Positions 18,228 to 28,974 of a stretch of DNA of 32,000 nucleotides are shown piece after piece. The stretch covers positions 330,001 through 362,000 of the forward strand of contig NZ_CP046580.1 in the NCBI RefSeq assembly GCF_013365495.1. The letters are read 5' to 3'. A program made the position numbers and the translations under genes. Under the pieces are notes generated by a model. The model did not search any database, had not been told where the DNA came from, and saw nothing but the letters and a program-made list of their open reading frames with translations. Every line of letters begins with the position of its first letter. Position 1 is the stretch's first letter. This DNA is from Candidatus Saccharimonadota bacterium. Lineage in GTDB: Bacteria > Pseudomonadota > Alphaproteobacteria > Rickettsiales > Anaplasmataceae.

Positions 18228-19792
18228 CTAGTAAAATTTTGATTTTAGGGTTTAGGCTTTTTAAAAATCAATGTTATTTACTTCCTTATTTTTAGGCAAT
18301 GGACTTAAGTAAGTTTGATTGTATCAAACCATGAGGTTGATATAGAAGTAGGTTTGTGATTATAAAAGTTTTTGCTTAAATATACTCCAGTATTTTAAGC
18401 TTTTGTTGTTTATATATTGGTAAAAATACTATTTTAGTATGTGCTGAATACAGCAGAATTTGTTTTATTATCAATGCTGAGAATATTATTTATATTAGTT
18501 ATTTAGTGTCTATTGTAAAGAGTTAAAGTTTCAATGTTTAATTGAGTATTTATTTTACTCATTGAGCAGTAGAGAGAATAATTTTTCTATAGTTATTTTA
18601 TTTCAATTTTAGAAGATAGATTAAGGTAGGAAATAATGTGAACTACCATTTTTCAAAAAAGAAGCAGGTTCTATTTTATGGATGACAATAATTATTGTAT
18701 GGTTTCTGTAATAAAGTATATTTTACTTATTATCTTAAGTTAAAAACTCTCAGAGAGAAAAATGGATAATTATAGATATAGTATGTTTATGTAATTGATA
18801 ATTTCTAGAAGAAGAGGGAATATTCTCAGTATGGTGTTATTTTTTTAGCTATATGGGTATGATTATGGCTCTTCATGATTGTAGAAATCTTAATTTTAGT
18901 AAAATCTTTATGGTCTAGGGATACTATTTGCATAATAGGGTGTTTATGATTATTTGTAGATTGTGATATTGTAATTTTTTTATTATAGCTTTCTCTTTAA
19001 AAGGTAATTTTTATACTATTATAATAGTAGTTAATAGATAAGTTATCTGTGCTTTATGGTATTATGTTATTTAAGTTAGTAAAAAATGTTTTTTTAAAGC
19101 TAGAAACAAACAGTTTCTTTACAATTAGCAGTTTTAATTTTGATTTATCCTTAAGTAATTTTTTATTTAAGAAGTGTTGACTGTTGTTCAAAAGTGAGAA
19201 CATGGAGTTTTTTACAAAAAGATATAGAGTTAGTCTGAAACTATAGTGTATTCTTTAGATGTTCTCTTAGGAAATAGTGATAAATTTATTATTGAGCAGA
19301 GTGTAATTCAATAATGTTACTTTTATAGTTGTATTTATAGTGTTGGTGACAGTAAGTAATACTGTTAAGATTTTGTCATTAAATTGACAAAGTATGCAGT
19401 AATATATGTCTCTTTTTAAAAGAGATATGGGTATAAAAGGGATATAATTTTTGCTGAAACAATGTGAGATTAGGAGTGAGTAAATAGTCTAAAAAGAGAA
19501 AGAAGTATTGATTAAAATTTTTGAAAGATTATCACATATGTATAAAAGTAGTAGTAATGAGAAAAGTATGCTGATACTAATCTGATTATAACGTAAGGAT
19601 GGTGATTATATAAATTATTTAAAGACTGTATCACTCACTAAAATTAGATGATAGAAGAAATAGGAAAGAGGAAGATAGTATACTGCTTCATAAAGCATAC
19701 GATATAGTGCTGTATTATGATAGAATTTTACGGAGGAAAAAATTGGCTTTTGCATGGGTGTTCAGTAGAAGAAGAAAGAGATAGAGTTATGG
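18228..19792. other. ORF-free intergenic spacer (1,565 bp) between the convergent porin pseudogene and maf.
   Basis: No ORF of 60 aa or more on either strand in the track. The 3' third is purine-rich on the plus strand (ggaaagaggaagatag, gtagaagaagaaagagatagag). Confidence 0.75.
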
Positions 19793-20389
19793 TCAATGTA
19801 GATTGAGATTAAAATAATTACTGAGTAAACAATAAGTTTCATGTAATGGTAGTCCTATAACAGAAGAATATGAGCCACGTAAGAATAATATAAACATTTC
19901 AGCAAGACCTTGTATATTATACCCTCCTGCCTTATTTTTCCATTCTTTTGACGCTAAATAGTATTTAATTTCTTGTATACTCAGATGTTTAAACTTAACT
20001 ATTGTAACTACAGTTCTAACATGCTGTTTGAGTCGATTGGGAGTTAGTAAACATATACTAGTATATACTCTGTGCCTTCTTCCTGATAATAAGTGAATGT
20101 ATTTTTCTGCTTGTTCTATATTGTTTGTTTTAAGTAATATTCTCCTACCACAGGCAACAACTGTATCAACACCAAGTACAAAATAACTTGGATTTAAGTT
20201 TTGTATTTTTTCAGTTTTACTTTTTGCCATACGGATTGAATAATCTTTTGGAAGTTCTTTCTTTAAGGGAGTTTCGTCTATGCCTGATGACATAATTAGA
20301 CCTGGTTTAACATTTATTTGTTTTAGTAAAGCTATACGCCTTTTTGATGATGAAGCAAGAATAAGACTATTTAGAGATAGTTCTTTCAC
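19793..20389 (-). CDS. maf: Maf-like nucleoside triphosphate pyrophosphatase (septum formation inhibitor family).
   Basis: 198 aa. Motifs: LILASSSKRRIALLKQ, GVDTVVACGRRILLK, LSGRRHRVYTSICL, AGGYNIQG, SVIGLPL. Confidence 0.85.
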   Translation of the reverse strand: MKELSLNSLILASSSKRRIALLKQINVKPGLIMSSGIDETPLKKELPKDYSIRMAKSKTEKIQNLNPSYFVLGVDTVVACGRRILLKTNNIEQAEKYIHLLSGRRHRVYTSICLLTPNRLKQHVRTVVTIVKFKHLSIQEIKYYLASKEWKNKAGGYNIQGLAEMFILFLRGSYSSVIGLPLHETYCLLSNYFNLNLH

Positions 20390-20630
20390 TTGTACCTTTA
20401 AGCCTTCTAATTATCCTACCTTTTTTTGCGTTCCTATCGTAAATACTCATTTCAATGAGTACTCTGTCTCCAATGATGATGCGTATTTTACTTCTTCTTA
20501 CTTTTCCTGATACGTGACAGATAATTTCATGTTTATTATCTAACTTTACTCTAAATTCTGCTGCAGGTAATAAAGTAATTACTGTTCCTTCTACTTCAAA
20601 GATTGCTTTCGATTTTTCATCTTTTATCAT
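20367..20630 (-). CDS. infA: Translation initiation factor IF-1.
   Basis: 87 aa. VEGTVITLLPAAEFRVKLDNKHEIICHVSGKVRRSKIRIIIGDRVLIEMSIYD...GRII.R matches the IF-1 S1-like fold sequence. The 3' end overlaps the maf start by 23 nt. Confidence 0.93.
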   Translation of the reverse strand: MIKDEKSKAIFEVEGTVITLLPAAEFRVKLDNKHEIICHVSGKVRRSKIRIIIGDRVLIEMSIYDRNAKKGRIIRRLKGTSERTISK

Positions 20631-20738
20631 TTTATACTATAATTAATGTTCTTGTCAGTCTAACATAGATCTATAAGAAGACAAAAGACCTTTTTGTTAT
20701 CTTTATTTATATCTTAATTTTGTATTATTTAAGAATAC

Positions 20739-21209
20739 TTATAGCTTAATTGCATCTTTTGCTTTATTTAATAGTCCATTAATAAAACCAATTTCGCTTA
20801 ATTTATTAAGTAAGTTAGATGCAATATTAGTATATTCATTAATAACAACTGGAGCTGGTGTATCACAGTGAACTAACTCACATATTGCAACACGTAAAAT
20901 AGATAAACTTATGAGGCTTAATCGTGTAAAAGACCAGTTTGGATGTAAATAAAACTTTATTATTTTATCATATTTTTCACTATTTTTTATAACTTTATAT
21001 GTTAACTTTTTTAAAAAACGGCAATCAAACTCTTTACATTCAAACACATCTATCAATTTATTTACATGCTTTCTAAGCTCACAATTTTCTAATTCAAAGG
21101 TACTTTTGTCGTAGCATGTAAAAATATTTGAATAGGCAATTTGTACAGTAAGAAATCTTGCTATACTTCTTTTCATATACCACTGTTTTTTTTCAAGCTT
21201 TTCCTCCAT
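20739..21209 (-). CDS. nusB: Transcription antitermination factor NusB.
   Basis: 156 aa. Motifs: [24 protein letters not shown]....[23 protein letters not shown]. It follows ribH, as in many bacteria; the start shares one nt with the ribH stop (TAATG). Confidence 0.8.
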   Translation of the reverse strand: MEEKLEKKQWYMKRSIARFLTVQIAYSNIFTCYDKSTFELENCELRKHVNKLIDVFECKEFDCRFLKKLTYKVIKNSEKYDKIIKFYLHPNWSFTRLSLISLSILRVAICELVHCDTPAPVVINEYTNIASNLLNKLSEIGFINGLLNKAKDAIKL

Positions 21210-21637
21210 TAGCTTAGCTTTTTATATAAGTCTATCATGTACAAAACAGTTGAGGCTGCATGACCACCTATATTTTTTTTGTTTTTGTCAGCTCTTGCTA
21301 AAGCTTTATCTTTGCTATCAGCAGTAATTACTCCCATACCAATAGGTATTGTATAACGCGTAATAACTTCATTTAAGCCTTCAATTACTCCTTTACAAAC
21401 ATATTGATAATGATCAGTTTCGCCACGAATGACACACCCAAGAGCTAAATAACCCTCATAATTAACACGTTTATTTTTGAATGTAAAAAGGATTGCAGCC
21501 GGTATTTCAAATACACCAGGAACTTCAACTATATCATAACTTACGTTACTATCTTTTAACTTATCAGTTGCACCTTCGAGCAAAAGCTTTGCTATTTCAA
21601 TATAATAAACTGAATTAACTATTAATATTTTCGACAT
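21209..21637 (-). CDS. ribH: 6,7-dimethyl-8-ribityllumazine synthase.
   Basis: 142 aa. Motifs: ILIVNS....I...[51 protein letters not shown]...A..RA. Confidence 0.9.
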   Translation of the reverse strand: MSKILIVNSVYYIEIAKLLLEGATDKLKDSNVSYDIVEVPGVFEIPAAILFTFKNKRVNYEGYLALGCVIRGETDHYQYVCKGVIEGLNEVITRYTIPIGMGVITADSKDKALARADKNKKNIGGHAASTVLYMIDLYKKLS

Positions 21638-23333
21638 TTACTCCTACTTTTTTTATTAAGAGGAATTTTATTAAAGATTGTTGAATTAAAGTTATAATAT
21701 TACTAAATATCCAATATATTATTAGGCCTGCTGGAAAAGAAGAAAAAATAAAAGTGGAAATGTAAGGTAAAAACCTCATAATGTTTATTTGGGTATCATC
21801 TTTATTGATTTGATCTTTTTCATTGATCTTTTGTTGAATTATCATTGTAATACCTAAAATTGAAGGCAAAATACCTATAGAAATAGGAAAGTTGTAATTC
21901 AATAATCCAAAAAATGTAAAAATATTTGTTGGATCAGGAGCTGAGAGGTCCTTGATCCATAAATAGAAAGGAGCATGTCTCATTTCTATGGTGACAAATA
22001 GTACTTTGTATAGAGCAAAAAATACTGGCACTTGTACTATTATAGGAAGGATGCTTGACATTGGATTTACATTATTTTTTTTGAATAATGTAACTATTTC
22101 TTTGTGCTGCTTTAAATGGTTATTTTTATATAATTCTTTTATACGAATTACTTCGGGCTGTAAGCTTTTTATTTTGAACATTGAAATATATGACTTACTA
22201 GATAGAGGTAGCATTAAGAGTTTTATTATTAAAGTTAATGCTAATATTGCTAAGCCAAAGTTTTTAAAGATAAAGTTAAAATATTCGAGTAATAAAAATA
22301 CTGGCTTAGTTACGAAGTAAAGAATGCCAAAATCTACAGCTTTATCAAATAGAGGTATATTGAGGGCACTTTTATAATAATCTAGCAAGTTCAATTTTTT
22401 TGCTCCAGCAAAAAAATAATTTACGTTAGAGATCCTTTTACCAGGAAGTATGTTCTTATAAGACTTAACAAAATCTGCTTGAAATTTGTCAATATTATTA
22501 ATATTTGTATGTTTGATGCTAATGTTTGTTTTGTCAGATTTCTCGATTATAATAGCTGTAAGCCAATATTTATCAGCAAAACCAAACCAGTTTTTTTTAC
22601 TTGTACTTGTTTTTATTAAATGTTTTTTAGCAATGTCTTTATATGTCCATTCTTCTAGCTTATTGTTAAATGTACCTAGTACTCCTTCATGGGATATCCA
22701 ATAAGATTCATTAATATTATCACGTTTACGATTAATTTTACCATAAGGAACCAGAATGACATTATTTTTTGTATTGTTTTCAACTACTTGCTCAATTTTA
22801 AACATGTAGTTATCATCAAGGCTTACTTTCATTTTAAATATGATGCCATTTTTATTATCCCATGATAAATTAATTGTTTTTCGATTAGTTAATTCATTTT
22901 CATCAGCTTTCCAAACTGTTTTAGAATCTGGAATTTTAATTTTGCCACTTGGATCTAGCCATCCAAATTCTGCAAAATACACATCTTTTGATTCTGCAGG
23001 TGATAGTAGCACTACTTGTGGAGAAGAAGAATTTAGCTCTAAGTGATAATTGTTTAAGGTTAAGTCATCAAACCTTGCACCTTTTAAAGAGATTGATCCT
23101 TTTATCATGTTATTGTTTAAATTAATCCTTTGTTCTTGAGTAGAGTTAATAATTTCGGAACGATTTTGGTAGATTATAGGAGCAAGGTCATTGAGAGATT
23201 CTATATGTTCGACGTTTTCAATTGATGGGTGATTTTGGTTAATATTGAGGAAATTATCATAAATAATACACCACGATATCATAATTAATATAGAAAGGAT
23301 AGCTGCCAAAATTAAATTTTTTGCTTCTGACAT
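21615..23333 (-). CDS. yidC: Membrane protein insertase YidC.
   Basis: 572 aa with an N-terminal TM segment, a large periplasmic domain and a C-terminal 60-kDa-IMP core: [35 protein letters not shown]...[20 protein letters not shown]...[12 protein letters not shown]. The 3' end overlaps the ribH start by 23 nt. Confidence 0.9.
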   Translation of the reverse strand: MSEAKNLILAAILSILIMISWCIIYDNFLNINQNHPSIENVEHIESLNDLAPIIYQNRSEIINSTQEQRINLNNNMIKGSISLKGARFDDLTLNNYHLELNSSSPQVVLLSPAESKDVYFAEFGWLDPSGKIKIPDSKTVWKADENELTNRKTINLSWDNKNGIIFKMKVSLDDNYMFKIEQVVENNTKNNVILVPYGKINRKRDNINESYWISHEGVLGTFNNKLEEWTYKDIAKKHLIKTSTSKKNWFGFADKYWLTAIIIEKSDKTNISIKHTNINNIDKFQADFVKSYKNILPGKRISNVNYFFAGAKKLNLLDYYKSALNIPLFDKAVDFGILYFVTKPVFLLLEYFNFIFKNFGLAILALTLIIKLLMLPLSSKSYISMFKIKSLQPEVIRIKELYKNNHLKQHKEIVTLFKKNNVNPMSSILPIIVQVPVFFALYKVLFVTIEMRHAPFYLWIKDLSAPDPTNIFTFFGLLNYNFPISIGILPSILGITMIIQQKINEKDQINKDDTQINIMRFLPYISTFIFSSFPAGLIIYWIFSNIITLIQQSLIKFLLIKKVGVNVENINS

Positions 23334-23949
23334 AAAATTTAAGCTGAATATATTCCTTAAAAGTCTATATTAAATATTGTACTGAAACAATAAAATTTAC
23401 TCATTTTTAATAATGATTTTTGATGTTATTCTTTAGTAGTTTATTATAATGGTTTCTGTTTTAAGAATATGGTATAGTGAAAGTTTATTTATTTGGTTTA
23501 TAATAGTTATTACTGTAATGCTTATTAATTCATAGATTAGAGCTGTTAAAAATATATTTTTGTGCTTTTTTACTAGAATCTATCTTTTATAAAGAAGATT
23601 AAAATCATGATATATTAAATTTATAAAATTTAAAGATAGCATTTTTATATTCAGACTTAAGTCTAATTTTAGATGTAAGGTTTTTTTAATATCATAACTA
23701 TGTGTATTTTTAATAAAGATGCTTTTTTTTTTTGCTTAATTTATAAAAAAAAAATTAAAATTTTAAAAAATGAAACTGAGAAAGTCAGTAAGAATTAAAG
23801 TAGTTTAAATATTTAAAATAATAGGATTTTATGATTTATAATACATAGTTAAAGAATTAGCATTTATTTTATATTTTATTTTGTTTATTATAAATTTTCT
23901 GAGGTATTTTCATTTCTTACATATGGATTTAAAAGGTTAACATCTATAA
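23334..23949. other. ORF-free spacer (616 bp) between co-oriented secF and yidC.
   Basis: No ORF of 60 aa or more in the track. Contains a T11 run (23723-23733), an A10 run (23745-23754) and a 12-bp palindrome agacttaagtct (23653-23664). Confidence 0.7.
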
Positions 23950-24831
23950 TTATATTGTAAATCTGTTTGTCAAAATTTTGCAGGTCAATATAGGAGCGGA
24001 GATAAATATTGCAGAGCAAGTGCCAATTAAGATACCGAAAAAGATGATTAAGCTAAAATCTCTGACTGTATCTGTACAAATTAATATCAAGGGGAGGGCA
24101 GCAAGTAAAGTTGTACCTGAAGTTAGAATGGTACGAAATAATGTGGCATTGATACTTGCATCTACTATTTCATTCATATGCTTTCCTTTATTTTTTTTTT
24201 GAAATTCTCGAATTCGATCATACATAATTACTGAATTGTTGATTGAGTAACCAATGATGGTGAGAAGAGCTGCAACTGATGAGGTATTGAACTCAATTCT
24301 AGTTAAGCTGATAAAACCAAGGGTTAAAATAATGTCATGAAGCAGTGCTATTATTCCTCCGAGTCCACATTGCCAATTAAATCTAAGCCAGACATAGAGA
24401 AATATTCCTATAATTGCAATTAATATGGATAACATTCCTTCGAAGATTTGTGATGAGCTTATTTGTGGACCGACATAGTCTACTTTGCGATAGCTTATTA
24501 AGTTATCTAATTTTTCTTCTAGAATATTTTTAATTTTTTTAATTTTATCTTCTTCTCCTTCTTTTTTGAAACGCATAACTAAATTATCACCTGCTTTTGA
24601 GCTCTGTACCGTAAAGCTATTTTCTCTTAATATATTAAGAATAGTGTGATCTTCATTTGAAGACTTTATTTCTATTAAAATTCCTCCCATAAAATCTATG
24701 CCCAAATTCATTCCGCGTAATATAACAGTGAATATTGAAGAAGTAATTAAAATGATACTAATTAGCATAGTCAGCTTTTTATATTTACAAAATTTGATAT
24801 TAAAGTTTTCTGAAATAAGTTTGACCGCCAT
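23950..24831 (-). CDS. secF: Protein-export membrane protein SecF, stand-alone with no adjacent secD.
   Basis: 293 aa. Motifs: [27 protein letters not shown], and [15 protein letters not shown]; multi-TM profile. Confidence 0.9.
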   Translation of the reverse strand: MAVKLISENFNIKFCKYKKLTMLISIILITSSIFTVILRGMNLGIDFMGGILIEIKSSNEDHTILNILRENSFTVQSSKAGDNLVMRFKKEGEEDKIKKIKNILEEKLDNLISYRKVDYVGPQISSSQIFEGMLSILIAIIGIFLYVWLRFNWQCGLGGIIALLHDIILTLGFISLTRIEFNTSSVAALLTIIGYSINNSVIMYDRIREFQKKNKGKHMNEIVDASINATLFRTILTSGTTLLAALPLILICTDTVRDFSLIIFFGILIGTCSAIFISAPILTCKILTNRFTI

Positions 24832-25871
24832 ATTTTTAGTTAAATTTAGATTTTATATTCCTTTCTTAGAATTTGCATTTTTATTTTGTAATTGAATATG
24901 CTAAACCTTATTTTTTTATAGTGAAGTGACATAATTTTAGTCGTGTGATTTTAGATGATTGCTAGAGGTAAATTAGAAAAGTATTTAATGTGAGTAGATT
25001 ATTAGCAACTTAAATTTTTTTCTTCTTTGCATTAGCTTTTTTGTAAATCCGTATCTTTTAAGTGAAAGTTTTATAAAACACATCTAATTCTTTAAATATG
25101 AATTTTTGATTACTAGGTTTTTTTTATGTTTTGAAGTTGAATTTATTAATTTTTTCTAAGATTTCCTTCTAATAATTTTTTGATGTTAATTAGAACTTAG
25201 CTATTGCTATAGTTGTTTTGCTGTAGCATTTAGCTTTAAATGTAAATTTAAAAAAATGTAAATTTAAAAAAGGTTGATTCTTTTTTCATGCTTTCATGTT
25301 TATTATTGTAATGTTTTGATATTTTTTCTTAATTCAGTTTAGGTAAATATATATTCTTCTTACTTTAATTTTTTTATATTTATCATAAAAATTAAAATGT
25401 TGTTTTTATACTTTTTACTTAAAAAACAGATTTTTAATGTAAATATAATACTTTGTTCTATAGATGAATGCATGTGACAAATATTATCTTCTTAATATTT
25501 AAGTTTTAGTATTTGTTATTCTGATACTTAACTTTAAAGTGTTAATTTTTTTAAATATTCTAATTAATTTTAAAATTTAGTGTTTAATCTTTAAACTATG
25601 TTTTGTGATTTATAAAATCAGTACATTTTTATCATTACAATGAATTGAATTTTTCACATGATTGTTTTTATATGAGTGATTATGTTTTATTATAGAGTTT
25701 TATTGTGATAAATTCTATAATTTTTTTATATCTCTATCTCTCTTTTTTTCTCAGTAAGGAGTAGTTGTTCTAAAGTGGGGGCTCTGTATGTGAAGTTTTT
25801 ATTGTAAATTTTCTATAAAAATCTACTTTTAATCAATTTAATCTAATTCTTTTTGAGAAGAGAATTGTTAA
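24832..25871. other. ORF-free, T-rich (plus strand) spacer of 1,040 bp between co-oriented ccmF and secF.
   Basis: The only track ORF touching it is the spurious 24698-24895 ORF antisense to the secF start. Hand count of the 60-nt line at 25321: T36 A16 C5 G3. Confidence 0.7.
25241..25272. repeat. 16-bp direct tandem duplication, tgtaaatttaaaaaaa / tgtaaatttaaaaaag.
   Basis: Read directly from the sequence; 15 of 16 positions are identical between the two adjacent copies. Confidence 0.85.
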
Positions 25872-27863
25872 TTATGGTTTATCTCTGGAGATCTTTATTT
25901 GTTTATAAGAAGAAACAGCGGCCAAAAGTGATCCAAAAGTAATGAAAAAAGATCCTAGCCAAATTATAGACATTCCAGGTTTGTAGTATACTTTGGTAGC
26001 AATCTTATTTTTATTAATCTTGCCGATTACAACATAAATGTCAGAAAATAAATTATGATAAATACTACTTTTAATATTTTTTTGACTTTCTACAAGATAA
26101 AATCTATATTCAGGCGTTACTTTACCTAATATCTTGTTACTTAATGAATTTCTAACATTTATTGTGCCTCTTACTGCTTGAAAGTTTTTTTCTTTTATCA
26201 ATTCAATATTTTGTAAAGTGATTTTAAACTTATTAATTATTATACTGTCCCCTATCTTTAAGTAGTTTTCTTTTTTTTCTTGCCAACCAGTTAAATAAGT
26301 TATGCCAAGCACTAGAATTGCTATTCCAGCATGAGCAAGCATCATTGCATAGTAAGACTGAGAGACCCTTCTTGCTAATAAAATGGATTGACTAAGTGTT
26401 ACTTTAAATAAGCGAATTTTTTTACTGTATGCTTCTAAAATACAGACTAATGATATTGTAGAAATAGTAATTGATAATATGGTTATTAGCTTCATATGGG
26501 AGATGAATGGTAAAATGGCTGCAGCGCTACAAAATGAAAATTTATATCTATGTAGTATTGGTAATAAACTATTTCCCTGCCAACTACAGTATTGTCCTAT
26601 TATGGTAAATATAAGAGCAGTAAGTGCAATAGGGTTGAATAAGGAATTATAGTATGGTGCTCCAACTGAAATGAGTTCACCAGTGAAGTATTCGAGTATT
26701 GTAGGGTATAAGGTGCCAACGAACACGATAAAAAATGTGGTGATAAATAGTAGATTGTTTATTAATATTATTGTAAAGCGTGAAAATAATTTTTTACTTT
26801 TTGATATTTGATTAGTTTGGCTATTAAGGATTATATTTTCTTTTTTTTTGAATTTCAATGTCGAATATTGAAATGATATTGAAGATGTATAGGTTTTTCT
26901 TGTGCAAATTACGAATATTACTAAGCTACTGGTTGTAATTATACCAAGTAGAGCTAGTATATATAGTCCATATTTTGGATCTTCTGTAAATGTATGTACT
27001 GAAATTAGTATTCCTGAGCGGACTAAAAATGTTCCAGCTACGCTAAGTATAAAGATTATAAGTGTCAGCAAAATGGCAAAGTTTTTTAAAATATTAAAAT
27101 TTTGTACTACTAGTAACAAATGTGTTAATGCTGTTGCGATTAACCATGGCATTAAGGAAATATTTTCTACCGGATCCCAAAACCAAAATCCGCCCCAGCC
27201 AAGTTCACGATATGCCCACCAACTGCCAAAACTAATGCCTAAAGTAAGCAATGATAAAGAAATAAGTACCCAAGGCTTAACAGTTGCAGCCCAGGTATTT
27301 CCTTGAGTGTTTGTAATTAAACCAGCTATAGCAAGTGAGAAAGGAACACTAAACCCAAGATATCCTAAGTATAATATTGGTGGATGGATTACAAGGGCAA
27401 TATCTTGCAGTATAGGATTAAAACCAAGGCCATCTGTTTTAATACTTGGCATTTTGATGAAAGGATTAGATTTTAGTAGAGTGAATAATAAAAAACAGAA
27501 GCAAATTAAGCTTTGGATGATTAGGGATACTTTTTTTAGTTTATTGCTATTTTTGATTAAAATGTTCATTAGAAACAGATAAAAAGTGAGTACTAAGGTC
27601 CAGAGTAACATGGAACCTTCCTTATTTCCCCAAACGCCACAGATTTTATAGATCAAAGGTTTTGTTGTATGAGAGTGATAATATACATTCTTAAGTGAAA
27701 AATCATTTGTAATATGGCAATAAATTAAAATACTCATTGATATTGATACACAGAAAAATACGGCGATAGTAATGAATCGGTAAGAATTAAGTGGTAAGAA
27801 TAGATATATCAGGGATAATAAACAAGCTATTAATAATGATATATTTCCAAGTTCAGACATCAT
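25872..27863 (-). CDS. ccmF: Cytochrome c-type biogenesis protein CcmF (heme lyase component).
   Basis: 663 aa, polytopic. Carries the WWD-type tryptophan-rich motif WAYRELGWGGFWFWDPVEN, with GNKEGSMLLW upstream. Confidence 0.9.
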   Translation of the reverse strand: MMSELGNISLLIACLLSLIYLFLPLNSYRFITIAVFFCVSISMSILIYCHITNDFSLKNVYYHSHTTKPLIYKICGVWGNKEGSMLLWTLVLTFYLFLMNILIKNSNKLKKVSLIIQSLICFCFLLFTLLKSNPFIKMPSIKTDGLGFNPILQDIALVIHPPILYLGYLGFSVPFSLAIAGLITNTQGNTWAATVKPWVLISLSLLTLGISFGSWWAYRELGWGGFWFWDPVENISLMPWLIATALTHLLLVVQNFNILKNFAILLTLIIFILSVAGTFLVRSGILISVHTFTEDPKYGLYILALLGIITTSSLVIFVICTRKTYTSSISFQYSTLKFKKKENIILNSQTNQISKSKKLFSRFTIILINNLLFITTFFIVFVGTLYPTILEYFTGELISVGAPYYNSLFNPIALTALIFTIIGQYCSWQGNSLLPILHRYKFSFCSAAAILPFISHMKLITILSITISTISLVCILEAYSKKIRLFKVTLSQSILLARRVSQSYYAMMLAHAGIAILVLGITYLTGWQEKKENYLKIGDSIIINKFKITLQNIELIKEKNFQAVRGTINVRNSLSNKILGKVTPEYRFYLVESQKNIKSSIYHNLFSDIYVVIGKINKNKIATKVYYKPGMSIIWLGSFFITFGSLLAAVSSYKQIKISRDKP

Positions 27864-28974
27864 AAGTTACAGTTATTTATACAGTGATCTTGCTAATAAC
27901 AAACTAAGAGTTTGAGTTTAAATTTGAATAAACAAGTAAAACTGGTATTATATTTTACTATGCTAATTACAGCAACAGAAATCAAGGTTCAATCATTAAA
28001 TTTATACCTTTATAGTATTATTAATATAGTATTATTAAGGTGATATCATGTAACAATTAATATTGTATAATAAATATATCTTAATAAGAGTTATTGATAT
28101 TTTAAATGTACAATCTAGAAAGGTTTTTTTAATTTTTCATTAGTAGCAGAAGCAAATTGAAAGTATAAAATTTTGCAAAATAATGTAGAAGCTCAAAGTG
28201 AGTTGGAAGGAAGGATACTAAGAAAAACTCATTATAATAATATACAGTTGGGTAATAAAACCGGTTGTGAAAGTCTTAGTGATCTTAGAAAAGTTTTTGT
28301 TTATGTGATTAGTTAAGTTTTTAGCATTTTTAAAGAATGCTAATAAATATATTAGAATATTAGAAGAATTTTCTGAGTACAAATTAAAGACTAATTATAG
28401 ACTTTTTATTAAAAATTAAATTTATTTTTAATAAAAAGGTATCTAAATTGGATAGTAAAAAAAGCTAATATGCTGCTATTATAAAGAATTTGTACAGTAA
28501 GGTTAGAAGAGGAAGTGTTTATTAATTATGATTGATAGATTAAAGATAAGAAATGTAAAATTTTTAAAAATTTTGCATGAAATTAAAGTAGGATATTTGT
28601 TTTTGGAAAGGTGGTAGATACCAGGATATTAAATATCAGGAGGAATTTGTCTAAAGCTTGACTTTTGAATAGAGAAAAAGTATGGAAAAGATGTATTGTG
28701 TATGTGTAAAAAAAATTTACATGATATATATGGAGATTCAAAGATTGATAAATGATGTATCTAAGTTAAGATAAATTGATAAATTTGGGTTTATCTTTGC
28801 AAATAGATAGAACAGTAGCTTTTGAAAAAAAAGTGGGAAATTTTTAAATAGGATGAAGAAGAGAAGCTTTTTATCTATTTATGGAAAGATTGGGAACTAT
28901 AAAAGTACAATTTAAATTGTTATGTTAAGAAGGAGTTAGAATTTAAAGGTCATATTTTGTAAAAAGATCAAGTT
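27864..28974. other. ORF-free spacer (1,111 bp), purine-rich on the plus strand, between divergent ccmF and prmC.
   Basis: No ORF of 60 aa or more in the track. Hand count of the line at 28621: A24 G13 T17 C6. Confidence 0.7.

Noticed and set aside
20280-20510. 76-aa plus-strand ORF across the maf/infA junction.
   Set aside because: It is antisense to two conserved genes.
20367-20630. IF-1 is 87 aa, about 15 aa longer than the E. coli protein, with a C-terminal extension overlapping maf.
   Set aside because: The extra residues are spread across a short N-terminal extension, a small loop insertion and a basic tail. This is probably lineage-typical and a by-product of the infA/maf overlap, with no evidence of a new function.
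21988-23046. Three plus-strand ORFs (21988-22320, 22486-22704, 22840-23046) opposite yidC.
   Set aside because: They are antisense shadow ORFs in a 572-aa conserved insertase gene.
23334-23949. Hidden rpmH or rnpA genes upstream of yidC.
   Set aside because: The region is almost devoid of G and C, and no frame on the minus strand gives the Arg/Lys-rich L34 sequence. No ORF of rnpA size exists.
23978-24895. Plus-strand ORFs 23978-24202 and 24698-24895 opposite secF.
   Set aside because: They are antisense to secF. The second merely runs 64 nt into the spacer before a stop.
26902-27582. Plus-strand ORFs 26902-27306 (134 aa) and 27307-27582 (91 aa) opposite ccmF.
   Set aside because: Despite their length they lie fully inside ccmF, whose WWD motif and TM pattern are unambiguous. 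Long antisense ORFs are common opposite genes encoding hydrophobic proteins.
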